From Octopus sinensis (Eukaryota): DNA of 64,000 bases. A program made the position numbers and the translations under genes. The notes under the pieces are model-generated. The model was given only the letters and a program-made list of their open reading frames with translations, searched no databases and was not told where the DNA came from. This document shows positions 12,818 through 25,357 of the stretch, one piece after another; positions within the stretch are counted from its first letter, which is position 1; every line of letters starts with the position of its first letter. Location of the stretch: contig NC_043024.1 of NCBI RefSeq assembly GCF_006345805.1, positions 5,704,001 to 5,768,000 of the forward strand, given 5' to 3'.

Positions 12818-13565
12818 TGGAACTCGAAGGAGATAAGGCTATAAATAATAGCATGTAGACTACTGAAATTAAAGCAAAAAAAAAAAAAAGTACCCCTTGA
12901 GTGGAAGCCAGAATTCAGCAGGCCCTTCTGGGTTGCCATTGGTGGGACTTCATATCCAACCAACAACTCTACACAGGGACTGGGATGCATCCTGTTACTT
13001 GTCTGATTCAGGAGCACCTGTTTGTTTGGCCCCTTTGCTCAGTTTTTCTGAGCTAGACCATGCTTACCGTGTTCTCTTCACTGAGGATCCTGTTGGTTTG
13101 ATGGCTTGTGTTAGTTGACTGCATGCCACATGTTCAAAGCAGATAAGGAGTCTCTAGCTCTAGCAGAGATGGTGACTGACTGAAACTCTGCTCCATGGGT
13201 CGCCCAGGAATATACAGATGAATGCCACAACGTGCAGCACTGGTGCATACCCCTACACTGGACCTGGTGGTAACAAGTCAAATGCTACTTGTATTAACCT
13301 GACTGATGTATTGTCCCACATGCAACCTTTGAATGTTTTCTATTGATTTTTTTTTTCCCTCTTAGTTTTTTTCCACAACACTGCACATTATTCTAGTTTT
13401 ATCTGCTCCAAGTTCCACTATAAAATAATATTTTATATCTACTTGGAGATATAAATTATTATTTATATCTAAATTCATTATCTCCCTGTCTCCAAAATGT
13501 GAGTTGCAATATAACTCTTCCACAACAAGCACCTTTTCTACTCCAACCTCTTTCCCCATACTTAT

Positions 13566-13942
13566 GAGCATAGGAGTGTCTGTGTGGTAAGTAACTTGCT
13601 TATGAACCACATGGTTCCGGGTTCAGTCCCACTGTGTGGCGCTTTGGGCAAGTGTCTTCTACTATAGCTTTGGGCCAACCAAAGCCTTGTGAGTGGATTT
13701 GGTAGAAGGAAACTGAAAGAAGCCCATCATATATGTGTATGTTTGTGTATCTGTGTTTGTGCCCCCAACATCACTTGACAACCGATGCTGGTGTATTTAC
13801 GTCCCCATAACTTAGCAGTTTGGTAAAAGAGACCAATAGAATAAGTACTAGGCTTACAAAGAATAAGTCCTGGGGTCGATTTGCTCAACTAAAGGCAGTG
13901 CTCCAGTATGGCTGCAGTCAAATGACAAACAAGTAAAAGAGT
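13566..13942 (+). mobile_element. tRNA-derived SINE, family 1
   Basis: Full-length match to the 12449 copy. Confidence 0.9.
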
Positions 13943-14559
13943 ATAATCATAATTAGGGTTCAGCAAAATTTACTTCGCCACATACCAAAATTTAGAAATA
14001 GCAGTTAAAATACTACTCTATTACCATAAGATATCTCCCAGAGAGCAATACTCAACAACTCACGCAGGTAAAGAGAAAAAAATAACGAATCCACCTGCCT
14101 ATGATTAACTGTATACTCGTTTTGGGATTAGAAAGATGTAAAATATTTCTAATCACTCATTTCCTTTGTCAGTACAACATTTCAAATTTTAAACTTGAGA
14201 GCACTGATAATTAACATACGTAATCGACCAAGTGCCATCAAAATAGCATACATTCAAAGTACTATAGAATTTTTGTATAACTTTACCAATAATGGTTCTT
14301 TTAACATACCAAACTACTTGGTAAAATTACTCATTATTAATTTTACTCTTTATTATTATCGATTATATATATATATATACGGATTTATGGACATATGTGA
14401 GTGGATCTGTTTGTAAGCATTTATGTGTGTGTATAGGTGGGATAGTACCTCTTATGTTATTTGTTATTTATGATTTGGTTGTGTATGTGTGTGTGTGTAA
14501 ACATGTGACTATGTGCGTACGTTTGTGGATGTGCGTGCGCGTGTGTATGTTTCCTAGCT

Positions 14560-15415
14560 AACTAACCGTAAAATATCTATTGTAATTCAAATTTAAAAGT
14601 ATAGGCCAATCGAATGTATCTGTGGAAATTAATACCATGCAAACAGAAGAATTTGACTGATTACATATATATATGCAGATATCTATTTGCCTTGAATAAT
14701 ACTATGGTGGTATTTATTGGTCTTCAGTGTTGCTACTATGTTGTTAATTGTGAGATATATGTATTGTTTTATTAGTAATGATGTTGTTAGTAGTAAGAAT
14801 ATTGATATTGATAACATTATTGTTATTGATAACGGTATTGGTATTAGCATTTTTGACTTTTTGTAAAGTAACACAAATTAATATAATGAACTATTTACTA
14901 TATATGCCTGCATTAAGTATGAATATATCTGTTGTAATTTCTTAATATTAGTTGAGGAACTGTAACATTCAATATAGAACATTATTATGTTTATTGATAT
15001 ATATTATTTATATTATTATGTATATGTATATATATATAAGGATATGAGTATATATGCACTCATATTTATATGTAAATGATTTTTGGGTATGTACTCATAC
15101 TTACATTAGAATCTCCGAAGAAGCCGTAAGATATTTTTGTTAATGTCTCATTTATACCTGCAATATATGGCTAATATAGGTTAAATGAGACATACCTATC
15201 TGCATGGCCGAAACAGCTGTCAGTTATAATGTATATGTATTTTTATATCTTGTTATATTTATTTAGTTATATCTCATTATATTGATTGTAATTATTGTAC
15301 TGTATTAATGTCTAATCTTAATGCTCTTGTGTAGTGTTTTAATAAAGTATATGATTCGGTATTATCTGATAGTTGATGAATGATTTAGATATATTTCTCC
15401 ATTTTCTTATTTTGT
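14560..15415 (+). mobile_element. Penelope-like pLTR remnant with hammerhead-like motif at 15110-15225
   Basis: CCGAAGA + long stem II (ATGTCTCATTTATACCT/AGGTTAAATGAGACAT) + GAAACAGCTGTC; the 3' part resembles 25108-25180. Left boundary uncertain. Confidence 0.55.
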
Positions 15416-16180
15416 GTGTATATATATATATATATAATATATATATATATAATAGCAGTATCGCCCAGCGTTGTTCGGGTTTGTTTCGACCCTTTTAGAA
15501 TTGGAATTTTTGAAAAGTAAAAATTTTGCATTATGTAGCTTGTTATTCTCTTTAAGTGAACCTTTTTCTGGTTGAAATACACCGAAAAATGGCGACACAG
15601 CAGTCAAAAATCGTAAAAAATAGGGATTTTCATAGAAAAAAAGCACCTTTTTGATGTAAATAATTTTTGGTGTTAACATGGTCCGATTTGAATTTTTTCT
15701 TCTACGGAAGGAAGAGCAAGCCTTCTTCTATCATACTCTCAATTTTGGTCAACTTGTGCCACAGGGTCTCGGAGGAGATAGTGTTAGTTGAAGGCTACAT
15801 ATATATATATAGATAGATATATAGGCATGGCTATGTGGTTAAACTGCTCATTTTGCAACCATGTAGTTTCAAGTTCAATCTCATTGTGAACCACCTCATG
15901 TGTCTTCTACTATAACCCCAGGTCATCATTGCCTTGTGAGTGAATCTAGTAGACGGATACTATGTGGCAGCCCATCGTATACTCACCCACGCAATGTATT
16001 TTGTCTCATCACTTGATAGTTGATGTTGGTTTGTTTACATTCTCATCACTTTGCAGTTCAGCAAAAGAAGAGACCAGTAGAATAAGTACCAAACTTTGAG
16101 TAGTGTGACCAATTTGGTCAACTGAAAACCTTCAAGATGGTGCCCCAGCATGGACTCAGTTTATATAATATATATATATA

Positions 16181-16420
16181 AAACGGATTTATGAACTCAA
16201 TACCCATACATATCTTACATCTATTTTCTTTCCTCCACCTCACTCTCTATTTATATCACATCGAAACTAACTATGACTTAATTTTCCTCTCACACCGTTT
16301 CCGATGAAGGGATATTATTATTAATTAATATTTTAGAAACAGCTGTTAAACCTTCTATCTATAAATGCTCTAATATCTATACAGCCTTGGTTTTTTTTTT
16401 ATCTCATTACACAAAAAATT

Positions 16421-16423
<3 letters not shown>
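16181..16423 (+). mobile_element. Penelope-like remnant with hammerhead-like motif at 16297-16351
   Basis: GTTT-CCGATGA-AT-rich stem II-GAAACAGCTGTT-AAAC; both flanks are (TA)n. Confidence 0.5.
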
Positions 16424-16517
<94 letters not shown>

Positions 16518-16519
16518 GA

Positions 16520-16970
16520 TGACCTGCTGAGGCAAGTGAAATCGAAATCAAGTTTGATGACAGCACCGCATGACTGGCATCCATGCTAGTGGAGCACTAA
16601 GAGCACCATCCAAGTGTGATCGTTACTAGTGTCACCTTACTGGCACTTGTGCCGGTGGTACGTAAAAAAAAACATTCGAGCGAGGGCGTTGCCAGTGCCG
16701 CTGGACTGGCTTGTGTGCAGGTGACACGTAAAAAACACCATTGGAGCGTAGCCATTGCCAGTGCTGCCTGACTGGTCCTAGTGCCGGTGACATGTAAAAG
16801 CACCCATTACACTCTCAGAGTGGTTGGCGTTAGGAAGCACATCCAGCTGTAGAAACTCTGCCAGATGAGATTGGAGCCTGGTGCAGCCATCTGGCTCACA
16901 GGTCCCCAGTCAAACTGTCCAACCCATGCCAGCATGGAAAACGGACGTTAAAGGAGGATGATGATGATGA
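16520..16970 (+). mobile_element. Non-autonomous RTE-type retroelement with (GAT)n tail and internal tandem units
   Basis: Family motif GGTTGGCGTTAGGAAGGGCATCCAGCTGTAGAAAC..CCAACCCATGC(C/T)AGCATGGAAAACGGACGTTAAA-(GAT)n. Many copies, e.g. ~224-510, 23715-23898, 31263-31520, 33153-33620, 34480-34750, 39650-39835, 44217-44485, 50956-51130, 53680-53857, 62860-63190. Confidence 0.75.
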
Positions 16971-17741
16971 TATACATATATATATTCTCATGTACACATA
17001 ATAGCAGTTTTAAATCTTTGACGTTCACATTTGATTTTTTTTTCTTCTTTTGATACTTTCTCATGGTCAAAGTATGAAGATATTTTTGTATTTGAGAAAA
17101 GTATTATTTGAAAAACAAACAGGTCTGCTTCACATGAGGGAGCGACATTGTGCTCTGACCTTCACCATATGCACTTTATATATATATATATATATATATA
17201 TAGACATGCATATGTGTTAAACCATGTCCATATATTCATTGATGTATGTGAGTGTCTGTTTATATTGTTCACACAGATATGCTAATCTCAGCTCTGACTT
17301 TGTGTCCTGATTATTAAATTACTTTGATTCAAATGAATCCTACATACATACATATTTATATATATATATATATATATATATGTATAAATAATTTAACATC
17401 TGTTTTCCATGCACATCCCAAGACAATCCTCCTCATTTCTTTATCACTCTTGCATGTATTGATGTTTTTCAATATCTTCCTCTCCATAAATACATTTATA
17501 TGCTATAAAAAGGAAAATTTGAAAAATGATGGATTTTTTGCAACCTCCTCCTTGCCCCAATTGTTTCTGTTTAAAAATTAAAATATTGGAGAACCTGAGA
17601 AGGTCATTACTGGCATTTATCCACAGTGATTTAAAAAAAGTTATGTAAACGGTAATTCATTTTAATAGCATACTTTTCTGTTAGGAAAAATATATATAGT
17701 TGGATATAGTGATGCAGATAAATACATAGTAATTTGTAATA

Positions 17742-18075
17742 GTGAAGGCACATGGCTCAGTGGTTAGCACATTGAGCTTACGATCGTGAGTTTGTGAGTT
17801 TGAATCTCAGATTGGGCTGCGTGTTGTGTTCTCGAGCAAGACACTTCATTTCATGTTGCTCCAGTTCACTCAGCTGTAAAAATGAGTTGCGACATCACAG
17901 GTGCCAAGCTGTATCAGCCTTTGCCTTTCCCTTGGATAACACTGGCGTGGAGAGGGGAGGCCAGTATGCATGGGTGACTGCTGGTCTTCCATAAACAACC
18001 TTGCCCGGACTTGTGCCTCGGAGGGTAACTTTCTAGGTCCAATCCCATGATTAGTCATGACTGAAGGGGGTCTCA
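17742..18075 (+). mobile_element. tRNA-derived SINE, family 3
   Basis: TGGCTCAGTGGTTAG A box, GAGTTTGAATC B box, GAGCAAGACACTT core; related copy at ~62608-62852. Confidence 0.8.
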
Positions 18076-18287
18076 AAAGAAAAAATTTGTAATATCTATA
18101 TGTGACTATTTATTAGTTGCATATCCAAGACATTTTGCACATTTCATCTTCATTATGAATGTTACATAATTCCAAGCTCCTTGAAACAGCTGTCAAGTTA
18201 AACTTTTCTCTTTTTAGTTCCCTCTATTTTGTATACTCCTTGTAAATGTGTTTGTGTGTATTTGTGTTTATTGCACTTAGATATTAT

Positions 18288-18705
18288 GAGACTAATAACC
18301 TTGTGTCGAACTCAACATATATGTATGCTTCTGAACAATGCATTAGTCAAATACTGAGCAGCGATAAGAAAATAAGACAAAGGAATAAATGATTACATTA
18401 TGAACTCCATTACCTTACAGCTGTTTCTGGTATAAGAAGCACTGGACTCATAGTTGAGGGCTTGAATAACACCTTACAGCTTTATCATAGACTGTGCACA
18501 GTATTTGAGGCTACGACAGAGCTATAAGGTGTTACTCAGCTATGAGTCCACTGCATTTTATAGCAGAAAGAGCTGTAAGCTAATGAAGTTCATGCTATAA
18601 TTATTTATTCCTTTGTGAGCTCTTTCTTATTAGGTGCTCTACACTCAGCTAACATTTCATTTTGAAACCTACATATATCGTGTTCTACACCAGGTTATTA
18701 TTCTC
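18288..18705. repeat. Decayed ~420 bp palindrome (MITE or inverted PLE end)
   Basis: Nested matching pairs: AATAACC/GGTTATT, ACAAAGGAATAAAT/ATTTATTCCTTTGT, TGGACTCATAG/CTATGAGTCCA, TAACACCTTA/TAAGGTGTTA. Confidence 0.75.
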
Positions 18706-19221
18706 TCAACAATGACTGTGTGAAATTTTTATAAGTGTATATATATATATATATATATATATCATCATCAACACCCAATTTTCCATACTTGCATGGGTTG
18801 GGCCTTATATATATATATCAGGCACGTGCCATCAGTAATTACTTGGGGTAGGCAGCTGCTGACCTTTATGTACTAAAACACACAAAAAATAAGCGAAAAA
18901 CATGCGTGATTGAGTTGAAGGTAGATTTATTTCTGCCTTTATAGCACTTAAAGAAAATGTTGTTATAGGAGTGTACACAGCACATGTACTACAGCATTAC
19001 TATGCAGAGCTTTAATACTGAGATTGAAAAGCAGGGGCGAATTATGCCTGCCTAAAGTACAAAAAAAAAAAAATATCAAATATTTTGCATTTTATGCATA
19101 GTAATCAGAGTAAGCTTCAAAATTTTATTGAATTAGGTTCATATTTTGCCATAAAAGGGAAATGTTGCTACCAATCTGTTTTATTAAAGGTAAGCGCTGC
19201 CTACCCTGTCGTATATATGTG

Positions 19222-19266
<45 letters not shown>

Positions 19267-19831
19267 TACTGTATGGCACTTTGGGCAAGTGTCTTCTGCT
19301 ATATTGTTGGACTGACCGGAAACTAAAAGAAGCCCATTATGTGTGTGTGTCTTTCTGTCTGTGTTTGTCACCCCCACTGCTTGACAACAGGTGTTGCTGT
19401 GTTTAAGTGCCTGTGATTTAGCAGTTCAGCAAAAGAGAATGATAGAATAAGTACCTGGCTTTGAAAAAAAAAAAAAATAGGGGGTTGATTCATTCAACTA
19501 AATTTCTTCAAGGCAATGCCCTAACATGGTTGCAATCTAATAAGTGATAAAATTTCCTGTTTTTTCTTTTTTTTTTGCTTCCCTTTTATTTCTCTCCATT
19601 TGTTCTGTGATGGGATATCATCATCGTTTAACCCCTTAGCATTCAGATTATTCTGTCAATTGTAACCGTTATTTATCCACATTGTTTTTAATTAATCGTG
19701 CATCATCTTGCAGCTTTGAGATTTTCATGATGTGATTGCTTATTTTTAGGGCATTGTAGGGTGTGTCTGAGAGGTTGAATCTGACTGGTTTGGGCATAAA
19801 ATGGGGAGAATATTTAGGCTAGATATGGCCA

Positions 19832-20232
19832 GGCTCAGGAGTGGCTGTGTGGTGAGTAGCTTGCTTATGAACCACATGGTTCTGGCTTCAGTCCCACTGT
19901 GTGGCACCACAGGCAAGTGTCTTCTACTATAGCTTTGGGCCGACCAAAGCCTTGTGAGTGGATTTGGATTTGGTAGACAGAAACTGAAAGAAGCCTATCG
20001 TATATATATGTATGTGTGTGTGTGTGTGTGTGTGTTTGTCCACCCCCCCAACATCGCTTGGCAACCAATGCTGGTGTGTTTACGTCCCTGTAACTTGGCA
20101 GTTTGGCAAAAGAGACCAATAGAATAAGTATTAGGCTTACAAAGAATAAGTCCTGGGGTTGATTTGCTCGACGAAAGGTGGTGCTCCAGCATGGCCGCAG
20201 TGAAATGACTGAAACAAATACGAGTAAAAGAG
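19832..20232 (+). mobile_element. tRNA-derived SINE, family 1, nested in a TTAA MITE (~19628-20250)
   Basis: Full-length copy; the host MITE starts TTAACCCCTTAGCATTCAG at 19628 and resumes TTTAAATGCCAAA after the SINE. Confidence 0.85.
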
Positions 20233-20443
20233 TTTAAATGCCAAAAAGTTTAATGTCCACTTTTCATTGACAAGGCAGATTATCTACAGCTGATGCCCTT
20301 TCTGTCCCCAACCTTTGTCTGCTTCAAAGCAAGGGAATATTTTCCCTCTTGCCAGACATGCCTTTCATGGCAGACTGGCAGTGAACAACTTCAGTTGTAT
20401 GGTTGCAATGTTCTCATTTACAACCATGATGGCAACACAAATA

Positions 20444-20481
<38 letters not shown>

Positions 20482-20579
20482 ACGGGAAGGTTTACAAAAA
20501 TAAACGAAAGACGAAGGCAGGTGGAGTACAAACAAACAAATGTATTAGTATGGTGCTTAGGAATAGAAATAGAACAAGT

Positions 20580-20615
20580 CTTTTACGTTTCGAGCCTATG
20601 CTCTTCGACAGAAAG
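20580..20615 (-). ncRNA. Minimal hammerhead-like motif (variant core CTGTCGA) in a PLE remnant
   Basis: Minus strand CTTT-CTGTCGA-A-GAGC(ATAG)GCTC-GAAACGTA-AAAG: stems I and II and palindromic ACGT are present; embedded between (TA)n tracts. Confidence 0.5.
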
Positions 20616-20634
20616 ATACACAGGAAAAAAAAAA

Positions 20635-20698
<64 letters not shown>

Positions 20699-20908
20699 CA
20701 AATAAGAAAATGGAGGAACAAATTCATTTCGATCATCAAGTTACAGATATTACAATTTCATATTATTTATTAATTATATAAATAGGAACATGAAAATCAA
20801 ACAAAACAACAGCAGTATATTGGATAACTGATATCCCATAGTGGGTTACCCTCATAACCCCTATCTTACTTTGTACTATATATATATATCTATATATATA
20901 TACATACA

Positions 20909-21132
20909 TTATTTAAAAGCAGCAGAAATTCAACAAAACCTGTTACTTGGAGTTTCCGTTCGTTGGACAGTTTTGTTAAAATTTTAACGAAACTGTTCAA
21001 CGAACGGGAACGTGAAACTCCAAGTAACAGGTTTTGTTGAATTTCTGCTGCTTTTAAATAAAGCATATTACTCTACCCCTGGTATTTGAGTACTCTTTTT
21101 TTCCACCTTTTTCACATTTATGTGTTTACTCC

Positions 21133-21135
<3 letters not shown>
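20909..21135 (+). mobile_element. Palindrome (20909-21061) plus tail, PLE-like, in (TA)n
   Basis: Near-perfect inverted arms, decayed hammerhead CTGT-(T/C)CAACGA-ACG(GGAA)CGT-GAAACTCCAAGTA-ACAG; the same tail is reversed at 61203-61300. Confidence 0.6.
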
Positions 21136-21194
<59 letters not shown>

Positions 21195-22158
21195 AACATA
21201 CTCACTCATGAATGAACACACACACACACACAATGGGCTTCTTTCAGTTTCCTCTTGCAAGTCTTTGGTCAGCTTGGAGCTTCAGTAGACTTAACCTGAG
21301 GCCACTCAGTTGGGAGGCAAGCATCTCAACCACAAACACTCGTAGCCATATCTGTACCTATGATAATAGAATATTGTGGTGGGTTAGCCGAGGCAAAAGA
21401 GAATAAACCGGAATCCCAATTAAATGTCCTGTGGCTAATAATAGTCTACTTTGTTCTATGGCCTTCGTGTCATTAGGCTCTGCATATTTTTTGCTTTGTT
21501 TTGTGACAGAACATAATGTAATTTTGTTTTTATTTATTTATTTTTGGTTTTAATTAAAAAAAAACAAAAAAACTCAGAAGCAAATGAAATAATAAAAAAT
21601 GTATTTAAAAAGACACCAGATTGTGAAAAACAATCTAATTATGTAAATTATAGGCTTAACTTAAAATGGATATTTAAAAAAAAAATAGGACATTGTGAAA
21701 TAAATAACGAATTGACCTAATTAGAAATAATCCTTTTTTACAATGTAGCCACGAAACCTGGAATTTGGGGGGAAGAGGTTTAATTGATTACCTTGACCAA
21801 CAGTACTCCACTGTTAATTATTTTAATGACCCAGAATGGATGAAAGGTAAAATCAGGTTTACCGGGATTTGAACTCAGTATGAGGAGTGAGAAGAAACAC
21901 TGCTGAGTATTTTGTGCAGGAAGCTAACAATTCTGCCAGCTTCTCGCCTTAACTCTTTGGCATTTAGTCTGCATCCTGTCTTAAGTTCAAACAGGCCTGG
22001 TCTAACTTCTCACACCTACCCTACAATGTCATTCGAAAGGTAGACAGTAATATCATCGAAATCTCAGAGCTCTGAGATAATGTATGGTTAATTGAAAACA
22101 ATATGAATAAACAATCTTTACATTTGATGGAGTAATTTGAATGCTGAAGGGTTAAAAA

Positions 22159-22532
22159 TAAGCTTGCTTACCAATCACATGGTTCCGGGTTCAGTCCCAC
22201 TGCATGGCACCTTGGACAAGTGTTTTCTATTATAGCCTCGGGTGACCAAAGCCTTGTGAGTGGATCTGGTAGATGGAAACTGAAAGAAGCTCATTGTATA
22301 TATATGTGTATATATATATATATATATGTAAGTGTCTGTATATGTTTGTGTGTCTGTGTTTGTTCCCCCAACATCGCTTGACAACTGATGCTGGTGTGTT
22401 TACATCCCCGTAACTTAGTGGGGATGTAGAATAAGTACTAGGCTTACAAAGAATATCCTGGGGTCGATTTGCTTGACTAAAAGCGGTGCTCCAGCATGAC
22501 CACAGTCACATGGCTGAAACGAGTAAAAGAGT
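22159..22532 (+). mobile_element. tRNA-derived SINE, family 1 (slightly 5' truncated)
   Basis: Match to the family consensus. Confidence 0.85.
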
Positions 22533-22664
22533 GTATAATAATAATAATCCTTTCTACTAAAGGCAGAAGGCTTAAAACTTGACTCCAGTCTTTCACCTGG
22601 TACTTTATCGACCCCAAAAGGATGAAATACTACTTAGCATGCTAATGATCCTTGCTAAGGCACT

Positions 22665-22812
22665 AGGCCTATTGGACCCCCTGAAAGTATTGTTTCCTCC
22701 ACTGCACATAAAATTGGATCAGTATGTTTCGACTCTAGATCAGGAGTTTGCAGCCTTCAGATGTCTTAGACTTTTTCCTAAGCTGTCTGAGGCAAAAGTG
22801 TCTTCATCGGAT
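22665..22812 (+). pseudogene. Chapaev3-like transposase core fragment
   Basis: LLDPLKVLFPPLHIKL..QYVSTLDQEFAAFRCLR.FPKLSEAKV fits the PPLHIKLGLMKQFV...FPKLSEAKVK motif. Confidence 0.6.
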
Positions 22813-23099
22813 CATTGTACCAGCCTGCAAAAGACCAAAACAAAAATATGAGTATAAAAATACAAATATATTACACTTGCTTTCCCAATCATTCATCATC
22901 TTTCACACATAAAGAAATATTTACAATTACAGATGTATTTACATTTAGTCATTGTACTGTACTTGATTTTGTATATTGTATTTTCATTAAATACAGTGTA
23001 CATATTTTCTATAAAACTGGTTTAAAAAAAAAGGGAAAAAAAATTGGAAAAAAAATTCAAAATTTTTACTCTTAAAAATTCCACTATCCAAATAAGCCA

Positions 23100-23322
23100 A
23101 ATTTTCCATCATATCTTCTAGAGTTCTATTGCAGAGTTTGCAGGTGAAATGAGATCCCCAGGGTTTATCCTGTTCCCTGACAGGCATGCTGGAATATGCC
23201 TTGTAGGCCCCACACATTTTAATAGTCGTTGTTACAGAGTACTTTTTTATTCTTCTCTTGATAAATTCACTGCAGATGTAACAAAATCCATCTGTCGGAT
23301 GTTTACAACTTCTTGATGCCAT
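23100..23322 (-). pseudogene. Chapaev3-like (CMC superfamily) transposase N-terminal fragment
   Basis: MASRSCKHPTDGFCYICSEFIK...AYKAY..MPVREQDKPWGSHFTCKLC fits the C..HPD.FCYIC / DQDK.WAPH..C..C pattern; family assignment is from memory. Confidence 0.6.
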
Positions 23323-23505
23323 TTGTGATGAATGCAGCTCTCAATAATGCTGTGTGTCCACTTTGATAACTGGAAATAGACTGAACAAAAGTCTCATGAA
23401 TCCTTTTATAGTGCATTCAGTGTTGCCAGAATGTTCTAGAAATAAATATAGAGATACATTTATATGCTGCTTTGTTGTCCAAACGCTGTTCAACTCCCTG
23501 TGTTG

Positions 23506-23571
<66 letters not shown>

Positions 23572-23573
<2 letters not shown>

Positions 23574-24142
23574 AGCAGTATCGTCTGGTGTTGCTCTGGT
23601 TTGTTTCAACCCTTTAGAATTGGAATTTTTGAAAAGTAAAAATTTTGCATTATGTAGCTTATTCTCTTTGAGTGAACATTTTTCTGGTTGAAATACACCA
23701 AAAAATAGCGGCACATCATCATCATCGTTTAACGTCCGTTTTCCATGCTAGCATGGGTTGGACGGTTTAACTGGGGTCTGGGAAGCCCGAAGGCTGCACA
23801 AGGCCAGTCAGATCTGGCAGTGTTTCTACAGCTGGATGCCCTTCCTAACGCCAACCACTCCGTGAGTGTAGTGGGTGCTTTTTATGTGCCACCGACACAA
23901 TAGCAGTCAAAAAATTGTAAAAAATAGGGATTTTCATAGGAAGAAAAAGCTCCTTTTTGATGTAAATAATTTTTGGTCTTAACATGGTCTGATTTGAATT
24001 TTTTCTTCTACGGAAGGAAGAGCAAGCCTTCTATCATACTCTCGATTTTGGTCAACTTGCGCTGCAGGGTCTCAGAGGAGATAATGTTAGTTGAAGGCTA
24101 CCAAACCTGCCATACACAGACAACTTCAGCTTTATATATATA
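23572..24142 (-). mobile_element. Non-autonomous Helitron-like element with nested RTE-type insertion
   Basis: CTAG end with adjacent hairpin at 23572 and CAGCTTTATATATA at the other end; uninterrupted sister copy at ~15452-15812. Confidence 0.65.
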
Positions 24143-24422
24143 ATGTATATAATTCAATAATGAAAGATGTTATTCACACCATATAGAAGCATATACTATA
24201 AAAACCTTATTCTAAAAATCAATAAATAGTAAATAGTAGTGAAAAGACTATGCGCGTTTTGTGGCTATAACATCTTTCGCTATTGAATTGTTTAATAGAC
24301 GTTTTTCTCTAAATTATAGACATATATTATATATTGTGAAATTTGATTTAAAATTGTTCAATTGAATTTTTCCCTATAAGTTTTAGAATTATATTCCCTA
24401 CTATTATAATATATATATATAT

Positions 24423-24730
24423 ATGGAGGCACAATGGCCCAGTGGTTAGGGCAGTGGACTCAGTCGTAGGATCGCAGTTTCGATTCCCAGACCGGGCGTT
24501 GTGAATGTTTATTGAGCGAAAACACCCAAAGCTCCATGAGGCTCCGGCAGGGTGGGGGTAGGGGGGGCAATCCCTGCTGTACTCTTTCACCACAACTTTC
24601 TCTCACTCTTTCTTCTGTTGGCCTGCTTGCTTAGCCAGTGGGGTGGCGTCATTTGAAGGCTAAAACAATGCGAATGCATTGTGACCAGCGATGTGTAGCA
24701 ACATCTGATAGCCTGGTCAGTCACGGTGAT
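24423..24730 (+). mobile_element. tRNA-derived SINE, family 4
   Basis: TGGCCCAGTGGTTAGGGC A box and GTTTCGATTCCC B box; the same head is reversed at ~55440-55610 with a different tail. Confidence 0.75.
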
Positions 24731-24758
24731 CTCATGATATATATATATATATATATAT

Positions 24759-25357
24759 ATACAAGATAAGAAAATGGAGAAATACATCTAAATCAAATAT
24801 CAATTACCAGATAATACTCAATCACATACTTTATTAAACCACCACATAAGAGAGTGTAGGGTTAAACATAAAAAAGCAGAACAAATCAGTGTATATAAAG
24901 GAATGTACATAAAAAAGTGTACATAAAAGAGTAATGTTGTATAATAAGTAGAATATATATAAAAAAGAGAATATTTTCTTTTTTATATATATTCTACTTA
25001 TTATACAAAATTACTTTTATGTACACTTTTTTATGTACATTCCTTTATGTACACTGATTTGTTCTGCTTTTTTATGTTTAACCCTACACTCTCTTATGTG
25101 GTGGTTTAATAAAGTATGTGATTGAGTATTATCTGGTAATTGATATTTGATTTAGATGTATTTCTCCATTTTCTTATCTTGTATTAGTAATTTGTGGTAA
25201 ATCATTTTACCTTTGCCCATATAATACAGTAAATGAATTGATTGCATCGCAATCCTTAACATTTATGTATTAACTTTGTTGGGTACTTCACTAGCAGTTT
25301 ATTGGATATATGTTATCCCATGGAGGGTTGCATTTACAACCCCTATCTCAATTTGTA
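24759..25357 (+). mobile_element. 426 bp near-perfect palindrome (24759-25184) plus ~170 bp tail, PLE-like, in (TA)n
   Basis: Arms fold back around AATATT near 24972 with few mismatches; tail ends in a GGGTTG..CAACCC hairpin, with related tails at 20841-20876 and 51418-51455. Confidence 0.75.
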
